Source of the DNA: Mixta calida
GTDB taxonomy: Bacteria; Pseudomonadota; Gammaproteobacteria; Enterobacterales; Enterobacteriaceae
Direction: 5' to 3'
Length of the DNA stretch: 40,000 nt
Assembly: GCF_002953215.1 (NCBI RefSeq)
Contig: NZ_CP026378.1
Coordinates: forward strand, 624,540 to 664,539
The notes below the pieces were generated by a model. That model made no database searches. It was not told where the DNA came from and saw nothing but the letters and a program-made list of their open reading frames with translations. A program made the translations under genes and the position numbers. Each line of letters opens with the position of its first letter. Positions within the stretch are counted from its first letter, which is position 1. Positions 33,574 through 40,000 of the stretch are shown piece by piece.

Positions 33574-35292
33574 ATGTTGCAAAAAGAGATTTTCCCGGAG
33601 AGCACTAAGTGGACAATTATCGCTATCGGCATTCTCGCTGGACTGCTATGGGCGTTACCGGCCGGGCTCCATCTGCAAGACCGCTATGCGTTTTACCTGC
33701 CGCCGCTTGTGCTGTCTGCGGCCTGCGTGCTCGCTTTTACCCTTTATCGCCTCAACGCTGTTAAGCCCTGGCTTTGTGCGCTGCTGACGCTGCCGTTTAT
33801 CGCGCTGATGACAGGCTGGCGGCGCTGGAACTTCCCTGAGATGTCGACAGGCGAATTTCAATTCCAGAACAACTGCGCCGTCCTGTTTCTGCTCATTCTG
33901 GTGATGCCATTTTTGGCTGCCTTCTGCAATAAACCGACGCACAAGCAGGGTAAAGCGTCATTAAGCGCGTTCATCACCGGGGCGCTGTGGAGCCACACTT
34001 TTACCGTTGGCGTCACCGCCATTATGACCGGGCTGTTCTGGCTGGTGCTGATGTTGTGGAGCAAACTCTTCAGCATGATCGGCATTAAGCTGTTTGAGCA
34101 GCTCTTTTTTGATAATGCTTTTTTCCCGTCAATGGCGACCGGAGCGGCCATCGCCGCCGGTATTGTATTTTGTCGTCGTCTGCCGGGTGCCGCTGGCATG
34201 TACCGTCATGTGATCACGCTGGCGGTCAATGTACTGCTGCCGTTGCACGCCATCACCTCACTGCTGTTCCTGGCCTGTTTACCTTTTACCGGGCTGTCGA
34301 TTATCCCGAAGTATTTTTCAGCCGCGACGCTGCTGCTGTCCATGACGCTGCTGATGCTGGCATTCAGCGCGATAGTCGGCGAAAAAGCACCTGGGGAATC
34401 ACGCTGGCAGCGTGGAATAGCGCGTCTGGTGCTGGTTGCGCAATGTCTTACGCCGCTACTGGCTGCGCTGGCGGGGTGGGCGCTGTGGCTACGTATCGCC
34501 GAATATGGCTGGACGGAAGAGCGGGTTTATGGCGTTGCCAGCGCGCTTCTTGCCTTTAGCGGCTCGCTGCTGCTGTTAAGGGCTCAGCGACGCGCCTGGT
34601 CACAGGGCGCTGGCAACATGAACACCTTTATCGTTTTGATGTTGGTGTTGTCGGCCTGCGGCTGGTTTTTGCTGCATACGCCAGTGTTAGACCCGTTGCG
34701 CATTAGCGTGAAAAACCAGCTGGCGCGGTATGAGCAAGGCGAAGCAAAAGCGGACACGGCAGATCTTTATACCTTCAGCAACGCAGGACGTCGGGGTAAA
34801 GAGATGCTGAAAAGGCTCAAGGCGCATCCGCAGTGGCTTAAAGAGCCTGGTGAGCAACAAGCGATGCTGATGCAAATCCTGGCCGAAAAACAGACCGCCA
34901 GCACTAAGCCAGGCGTTAGCGATTTGCAGCGTAGCATCCCGCTGCGCGCAGGCAGCGAAGCGCCACCGGAAAGCTGGTGGCAGTCTCAGGCACAATATAT
35001 TGATAACTCGCTTAGCCTCTGCCTGATGGATGCGGGTTCCTGTCTGGTCTGGATGCAGGATCTCAATAATGATGGCGTGCCGGAAGTGCTGCTCTATAAC
35101 CGCAATCGCCCTGGGATTACGGTTTATACCCGGCGGGGTGAAGATTGGCGTTACGCGGGCAACGTGACGCTGTCGAAAAGTGCCGATAAAGCCATCCGCG
35201 AAGCGATGCCGAAAGCGGTCATCAAGCCCTGGCGAGATCTGGAGATTAACGGTCAGCGCTATCCGGTACAGTATTATGGTTTTGACGATTAA
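33574..35292 (+). CDS. Large polytopic inner-membrane protein with a soluble C-terminal domain (possibly DUF4153-like)
   Basis: 572 aa. About 10-11 hydrophobic segments in the first ~370 residues, then a ~200-aa hydrophilic domain. GC-rich, host-like composition. The family name is a guess. Confidence 0.65.
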   Translation: MLQKEIFPESTKWTIIAIGILAGLLWALPAGLHLQDRYAFYLPPLVLSAACVLAFTLYRLNAVKPWLCALLTLPFIALMTGWRRWNFPEMSTGEFQFQNNCAVLFLLILVMPFLAAFCNKPTHKQGKASLSAFITGALWSHTFTVGVTAIMTGLFWLVLMLWSKLFSMIGIKLFEQLFFDNAFFPSMATGAAIAAGIVFCRRLPGAAGMYRHVITLAVNVLLPLHAITSLLFLACLPFTGLSIIPKYFSAATLLLSMTLLMLAFSAIVGEKAPGESRWQRGIARLVLVAQCLTPLLAALAGWALWLRIAEYGWTEERVYGVASALLAFSGSLLLLRAQRRAWSQGAGNMNTFIVLMLVLSACGWFLLHTPVLDPLRISVKNQLARYEQGEAKADTADLYTFSNAGRRGKEMLKRLKAHPQWLKEPGEQQAMLMQILAEKQTASTKPGVSDLQRSIPLRAGSEAPPESWWQSQAQYIDNSLSLCLMDAGSCLVWMQDLNNDGVPEVLLYNRNRPGITVYTRRGEDWRYAGNVTLSKSADKAIREAMPKAVIKPWRDLEINGQRYPVQYYGFDD

Positions 35293-35349
35293 CAGGGCGT
35301 TCCTCGCTCAGCCAGCGCCTGTCACGTCAGCGCGCCGATAGAAAACAAA

Positions 35350-35373
35350 TAAAAAATGCGCCCGCAGGCGCAT
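35350..35373 (-). terminator. Rho-independent terminator of yecA
   Basis: Stem atgcgcc (35356-35362) / ggcgcat (35367-35373) with a 4-nt loop. On the minus strand it is followed by tttttt (A-run 35350-35355). It lies 6 nt after the stop. Confidence 0.7.
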
Positions 35374-35378
35374 CTCAT

Positions 35379-36047
35379 TTAGTGCAAACAGCACTGCTTA
35401 TACTTCTTACCGCTGCCGCAGAAGCAAGGGTCGTTCCGGCCCGGCTTCTGTTCAGCGACGATCGGCTGCTGCGGCTCGGGCACCGCTTCCGGCTGAGCAA
35501 TCCAGTAATCGTGCAGCGCCAGCGCGGCAGGGCGGATGGCGGCGAAACGCTCCTCCATTTCCTCCGGGGAAAGCGTCTCCAGCTGCGGGAAGTTCTCTTC
35601 CTTGCCGTGCAGGGCGATGGCGTCCAGCGCGGGATGCAACGCTTCCGGCAGCGCTGACCAGTCGCTCAGCGCCACGCCGCGCATATAACCGAAGCACCAC
35701 TCTTCCACCACGGTGAAATCTTCGCCTTCGGTCTCACGCACGCCAAACAGCGGATCGAACTGATCGGGAAACTCCGCAAGACGATCGGCGATGTCGTTCA
35801 TATGCTGGAAGCAGAGTTCCATAAAGCGGTTCATCTCGCGCTCGTTGCTCCATTTAGGGACACGGTTCTGCCCGCCCCAGAGCGCAACCAGCCACTCGCT
35901 CGGCTCGATGGTTCTCGGACCGGAAAGCACGGCGGTTAACAGGCCATCCAGTTCGGCGACATCCACAATCGACTCGTCGCTGCCATATTTCTCCAGTATT
36001 TCGTCAAGCCATTGCAGCTCTTTCTCGGTCAATGGGCCTTCTTTCAT
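35379..36047 (-). CDS. yecA: UPF0149 family protein YecA with a C-terminal SEC-C metal-binding motif
   Basis: 222 aa (E. coli YecA is 221 aa). Ends ...[20 protein letters not shown], the SEC-C motif. Confidence 0.85.
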   Translation of the reverse strand: MKEGPLTEKELQWLDEILEKYGSDESIVDVAELDGLLTAVLSGPRTIEPSEWLVALWGGQNRVPKWSNEREMNRFMELCFQHMNDIADRLAEFPDQFDPLFGVRETEGEDFTVVEEWCFGYMRGVALSDWSALPEALHPALDAIALHGKEENFPQLETLSPEEMEERFAAIRPAALALHDYWIAQPEAVPEPQQPIVAEQKPGRNDPCFCGSGKKYKQCCLH

Positions 36048-36146
36048 ACTGTGCCTCCTGGGCGCTTAAGTTTAAAACCGCAGCAGTGTACACGCTTATT
36101 CACTGAGCTTAGCGATAAATCTGGCAACAGGCCTGACGGGGGCTTA

Positions 36147-36725
36147 TCACTTCCGCCTGACCAGCCCGTTTACCCACACTTCATGTCGTCCCGGACGCTT
36201 ATCCTCGCTCAGCCAGATATCCTGTAGCGTCACGCCATCCAGTTCTTCAATCAGCTCACGCAGTCGCGCCTCGGTAAGATCGGTAAAGCGTCGGCCACTC
36301 TGTTCGCGCTCGCCGCTGCCGCGCTTAAAAGACAGATACCAGACGCCGCCCGGCTTTAGCGCCTGCGCTAAGCGAGTAAACGTCTCCGGCAGTTCCGCTT
36401 CGGCGACATGCAGCAGCGAAGCGCAGCACCAGATGCCGCCGTAGCGCGCCGGGGCGCTGAACTCATCGAAGCGCAGCGTTTTTACCGGCAGACCGGTCAG
36501 CGCGCGGGCGCGTGCCGCCATCTCGCTGGCGGCGTCAAACGCGTCGACCAGATAGCCGCGTCTCAGGAAAGCCAGCGCGTCGCGCCCGGAGCCGCAGCCC
36601 GCGTCCAGAATAAGCGCCTCCGGCTCCAGGCAGGCGAGAAAGCGATCGTGCAGCGCGGACATATCCACCGTGACCGTCTCGTCGAAAAAGCGCTGCGCGT
36701 GCTGCTGGTAATAATCGATGCTCAT
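36147..36725 (-). CDS. Class I SAM-dependent methyltransferase (small-molecule type, no DNA-MTase motif IV)
   Basis: I prefer the start at Met13 of the ORF (MSIDYYQQHAQ...). Motif I is ILDAGCGSGRDALAFLRRG, followed by acidic post-I VDAFDAS. No (D/N/S)PP(Y/F/W) motif. The ATG shares 1 nt with the stop of the upstream HNH gene. Confidence 0.8.
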   Translation of the reverse strand: MSIDYYQQHAQRFFDETVTVDMSALHDRFLACLEPEALILDAGCGSGRDALAFLRRGYLVDAFDAASEMAARARALTGLPVKTLRFDEFSAPARYGGIWCCASLLHVAEAELPETFTRLAQALKPGGVWYLSFKRGSGEREQSGRRFTDLTEARLRELIEELDGVTLQDIWLSEDKRPGRHEVWVNGLVRRK

Positions 36726-37738
36726 CAGAATATCGCGTCTCCCTGCGCTGTGGGTTCCCATTGATGAATCAGCGTATCCAGACCGGTCTGCCAGGCGCGC
36801 TGCAAAAAGGCATGGCGCTGTTCCGGCTGCTTGCCGGTCTGCCGTAGCAGCGTCTCGCGCAGGGGCAGGTGGCTGTTAATAAAATACTCGTTGCGATGGT
36901 GCAGGCGCGCCAGCAGATAAAGCGAAGGAATGCGGGCGAACTTGCCGCTCTCGCCGCGGTTGCAGTTCTGGCAGGCCAATACCAGGTTCCAGACGCCGTT
37001 GATATTACTTACCTTATGTTGCAGGCTCCATGGCAGAAAATGGTCGACGTCCGCCAGGTTCTCATCGCCCGGCGTCAGGCTGATGGCGCGATAGCAATAA
37101 AAGCAGCGCCCCTTCTGGTAACCGTTCAGGCTGTTGCGGCAGCTGGTGATATTTACGCGCCGCTCGCGCTGACGGCTGAACAGCAGCTGCTGCTGGTCGT
37201 CATACTCCACCGCAATCAGGTTGCGCGACACGCCCATCTCCCAGGCCTGCTCCACCAGACGCCAGCGCGCGTCGGTCTCATGGATCAGGTTGTTAAACTG
37301 CTCGCTCTCCGTCAGGCGATAAAAGTTATCGGTCAGGCGAATGCCCTTTGCGGTTTTACGCTCATCGACAAAAAAGCGCTGCGCTATCTCGGCGTGGTTC
37401 ACGTTGTGAAACGCGTTGAGAACGTTATTAAAACCGCGCCTGATGGTGATCTCCGTCAGCTGCGCTTCGCTCAGCTCACCCTGATTAAACTGCGCGCAGG
37501 CGTCCAGAAACTGGCTGCGGTTAGCGGTAGTCTGCTTCGGCGCGTGCTGCAAATGTTGACACAGATGGCGGGCAAAAGGAGCGGCCAGCGCCTCAAGGGT
37601 GATCAGCTCGCTGGGCTGCGCATGCAGATCGTAAAGCGCGTGCGCCAGGGCGAACTTATAGGAGGCGGCGTTCTTGCCGAAAAGGATTACGCCGCGCCAG
37701 TAGTTCTCCAGCGTCGGGTCAGCCTGATAGAAGCGCAT
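36725..37738 (-). CDS. HNH (beta-beta-alpha-Me) endonuclease with a large uncharacterised N-terminal domain
   Basis: I prefer the start at Met27 of the ORF (AGGA 7 nt upstream), giving 337 aa. The C-terminal module is GRCFYCY...DVDHFLPW...NGVWNLVLACQNCNRGESGK, i.e. CxxC...DH...N...CxxC zinc-HNH. Confidence 0.8.
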   Translation of the reverse strand: MRFYQADPTLENYWRGVILFGKNAASYKFALAHALYDLHAQPSELITLEALAAPFARHLCQHLQHAPKQTTANRSQFLDACAQFNQGELSEAQLTEITIRRGFNNVLNAFHNVNHAEIAQRFFVDERKTAKGIRLTDNFYRLTESEQFNNLIHETDARWRLVEQAWEMGVSRNLIAVEYDDQQQLLFSRQRERRVNITSCRNSLNGYQKGRCFYCYRAISLTPGDENLADVDHFLPWSLQHKVSNINGVWNLVLACQNCNRGESGKFARIPSLYLLARLHHRNEYFINSHLPLRETLLRQTGKQPEQRHAFLQRAWQTGLDTLIHQWEPTAQGDAIF

Positions 37739-37988
37739 AGGGTTATCCTGATGATGCTGCCTGTGCAGGGCAGTAAGCGTTAACTTAACCTGTAACGGCA
37801 TCACATAATAAACCATCAGCGTTCGAATGATGAGCGAATCAACGATCTGTTATACGACTCTGCCAGCCATGACAGGATCCGATCTGGCGGAAAGCAGGGC
37901 CGGAGTTTCCCGGAAGAAAGGGTGTTGATATTATAAAAATGCGCCTTACGGCGACGATTCTATGGATGGATAAAAAAGGGCATTAAAT

Positions 37989-38411
37989 ATGCAATGGAAA
38001 ACGGTTATTAAGCGGCTGCACGGTGCGTTAACGGCAATATTATTGTTAATCGTCATCAGCTTTATCGCTTTAAATTCTTCTGACGAGCGCTCTGAAGAAC
38101 GACTTATCTCATCACGCCAGCTAAACGAAAATACATGGCTTTATGTCACTGGCTACAGTGGCGGCGGCGCGACTGTTGCGAACAGTTACCGCTATTACCT
38201 CTCAGGTAAAATTAAAGGCGATATCGGCGCCAGCCTCGCTAAACAGGTTCCTTTTCTTATTGCCGCCGGCAGCGGGGTGAACGTAACGATGGATGGCGAT
38301 GTTATCGATATCAAATATGGCGGCCGGGTATTTTCATTTAATAACTCAATTATTTATGAATATCGTGGGGAGACCTTCCGGCCGCATCTGAATTTTCAGG
38401 CAAGCAATTAA
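37989..38411 (+). CDS. Hypothetical membrane-anchored / exported protein
   Basis: 140 aa with an N-terminal signal-anchor ALTAILLLIVISFIAL. AT-richer than its neighbours. No family recognised. Confidence 0.4.
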   Translation: MQWKTVIKRLHGALTAILLLIVISFIALNSSDERSEERLISSRQLNENTWLYVTGYSGGGATVANSYRYYLSGKIKGDIGASLAKQVPFLIAAGSGVNVTMDGDVIDIKYGGRVFSFNNSIIYEYRGETFRPHLNFQASN

Positions 38412-38605
38412 CTTTTATACATCGTCTTTCCCGCACCTTGTCATATCAATCCTGTCGGCTGCCATTGCCCACAATCGCTATAGCCGTCCCGCGCCACGCT
38501 AAAACCTATATTGCCAGACCTTACCCTTTAATCCTCCGCTTCGTCTTATACTTCATCCTGATTAATCTTTACCGTGGGCGGATTGCCCCATTACCGGAGA
38601 AGCGA

Positions 38606-39160
38606 ATGACATTACGCGCGGCGATAGTGCTGTTAACCGGCGGGCTGCCTTTTTTCGCCTCGGCCCATAACTTTGTGGAAGGGGAGCGCGTGGCGCCGGT
38701 CGGCGTGGCGGAACGAGGCGAACTGCAATTACAGCAGGGCGAGCTGCGCTATCAGGCCTGGAACAGCGCGCGCCTCAGCGGAAAAGTGGGCGTGGTGCTG
38801 CATATGGCGGGACGGCTGTCGGCCAAAGATCAAAACGCCGCGCTGATCGACGCCATCGGCAAAGCGGGCTTTCCGGCGAACCGATTCGCGGTCACCACCA
38901 TCGTCAATACCGACGACGCCATTCCCGGCAGCGCGCTGTTCGTGCGGCGCAGTCTGGAAGAAAGCAAACGAGAAACCCCGGCCGCGCAGTTCGTGGTGGA
39001 CGATCGCGGCGCGACGCAGCGCGCCTGGCGGCTCCAGACGGGCGGTTCCGCCATCGTCGTGCTGGATAAAGGCGGACGGGTGCGCTTCGCCAAAGATGGC
39101 GCGCTGACTGCCGCCGAGGTGGATCAGGTGATGGTGCTGCTGCGTCAGCTACTGGCGTAG
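38606..39160 (+). CDS. ytfJ: YtfJ family periplasmic protein
   Basis: From Met57 of the ORF: MTLRAAIVLLTGGLPFFASAHNF... gives 184 aa, the same length as E. coli YtfJ, with similar blocks (GKVGVVLHMAGR...AIVVLDKGGRVRFAKDG). Confidence 0.8.
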   Translation: MTLRAAIVLLTGGLPFFASAHNFVEGERVAPVGVAERGELQLQQGELRYQAWNSARLSGKVGVVLHMAGRLSAKDQNAALIDAIGKAGFPANRFAVTTIVNTDDAIPGSALFVRRSLEESKRETPAAQFVVDDRGATQRAWRLQTGGSAIVVLDKGGRVRFAKDGALTAAEVDQVMVLLRQLLA

Positions 39161-39398
39161 CCGCACATTGTTAAATCCAGGTAAATAGTTGTGACGCCGC
39201 CGCTGCATAAAAGGAAATATCTGTAGATTGCGCTACGCTTTCCAGACACAGCAGGGGAGAAATAAGCGGGCAAGCGGCTGTTCATGCTGCAAAAGTTCTC
39301 TCCTGTCCCAGCGTACTGCAGGTCATTACGGCTTACTGGCAGCCGTTACATGCGCCATTCGTCTTACTCCGCCACGACGAGGAACCAGGACCGTAACG

Positions 39399-40000
39399 AT
39401 GAATGCCAACGCCGATAAATGCGTCAACCATGAAGATGAACTAAAGGCGCTGCGCGAGGCGCTGCAAACCCGCCTCGATCAGCTGCTGCCTGCGGGCGAG
39501 CAGCAGGATCTGGTTTATACGGCGATGCGCGAAGGCACGCTGGTGGCGGGCAAGCGGGTGCGTCCGCTGTTGCTGGTGCTGGCGGCGCGCGACCTTGGCT
39601 GCCGCGCCGATCAGCCCGGCCTGCTCGATCTCGCCTGTGCGGTGGAGATGGTTCATGCCGCTTCGCTGATGCTCGACGATATTCCCTGCATGGACAATGC
39701 GCTATTGCGTCGCGGCCGTCCCACCATTCACCGGCAGTATGGCGAAAACGTCGCTATCCTCGCCGCCGTAGCGCTGCTTAGTCGCGCCTTCGGCGTGGTG
39801 GCGGAGGCGCAGTCGCTGTCGCACGCCTGTAAAACCCAAGCGGTGGCGGAACTCTCCACCGCCGTCGGGCTGCAAGGACTGGTGCAGGGGCAGTATCTCG
39901 ATCTGTACGAGGGCGCCGAGACGCGCAGCGCCGAAGCGATCCTCCTTACTAATGAACTGAAAACCAGCCGCCTGTTCGACGCCACGCTGCAAATGGCGGC
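39399..40000 (+). CDS. crtE: Geranylgeranyl diphosphate synthase CrtE, N-terminal 200 codons (3' end outside the window)
   Basis: I translated this by hand; it is not in the ORF track because it runs off the window: MNANADKC...GKRVRPLLLVLAARDLGC...LDLACAVEMVHAASLMLDDIPCMDNALLRRGRPTIHRQYGE... It is colinear with Pantoea CrtE and contains the first Asp-rich motif DDxxxxD. Confidence 0.85.
   Translation, partial: MNANADKCVNHEDELKALREALQTRLDQLLPAGEQQDLVYTAMREGTLVAGKRVRPLLLVLAARDLGCRADQPGLLDLACAVEMVHAASLMLDDIPCMDNALLRRGRPTIHRQYGENVAILAAVALLSRAFGVVAEAQSLSHACKTQAVAELSTAVGLQGLVQGQYLDLYEGAETRSAEAILLTNELKTSRLFDATLQMA

Noticed and set aside
36869-37783. 304-aa plus-strand ORF opposite the HNH gene, and 36408-36764 opposite the methyltransferase
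   Set aside because: The minus strand carries clear HNH and SAM-methyltransferase motifs, and the plus-strand products are low-complexity.
39441-39992. Minus-strand ORFs (71, 96 and 85 aa) at the window end
   Set aside because: These are antisense shadows of the crtE reading frame, which matches GGPP synthases over 200 codons.

Overview
This is a GC-rich enterobacterial chromosome segment. The core synteny is miaE-yjgM-valS-holC-pepA / lptF-lptG, followed later by yjiN, yecA, ytfJ and the 5' part of a crtE carotenoid gene. That combination suggests a pigmented Cronobacter/Pantoea-like genus, which I cannot verify here. Accessory content, left to right: (1) a small AT-rich bicistron at 491-1095. 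(2) Two DUF2382/YsnF-like stress-type genes, one carrying Thr/Gly tandem repeats. (3) A four-gene chaperone-usher fimbrial operon with a divergent ToxR/YqeI-like membrane-anchored regulator and TTTTGAT-type repeats in the intergenic region. (4) tRNA-Leu(CAA) leuX (19497-19581), followed by a ~10.5-kb P4-like phage satellite. The satellite carries int, an AT-rich cargo operon, a cos-like site, a sid-psu-ogr/delta late operon with TGT-N12-ACA activator boxes, TGTTCACC-type iterons, alpA, a CI/C4-like RNA region, the alpha primase-helicase, crr-like iterons and a second small cargo pair. (5) A decayed second island: a P4-type integrase truncated by IS1, plus an orphan polymorphic-toxin C-terminus with its immunity gene. 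It is bounded by degenerate copies of the tRNA 3' end at 30114-30132 and 33440-33459. (6) A translationally coupled HNH nuclease / class I SAM methyltransferase pair in the core-like region. The best candidate for an undescribed system is the two-gene operon at 21037-22442. It encodes a 313-aa soluble protein with no motifs I can recognise plus a 4-TM protein, and it fills the int-to-cos slot, the known defence hotspot of P4-like satellites. All family assignments come from reading the translations and from memory; no searches were run.
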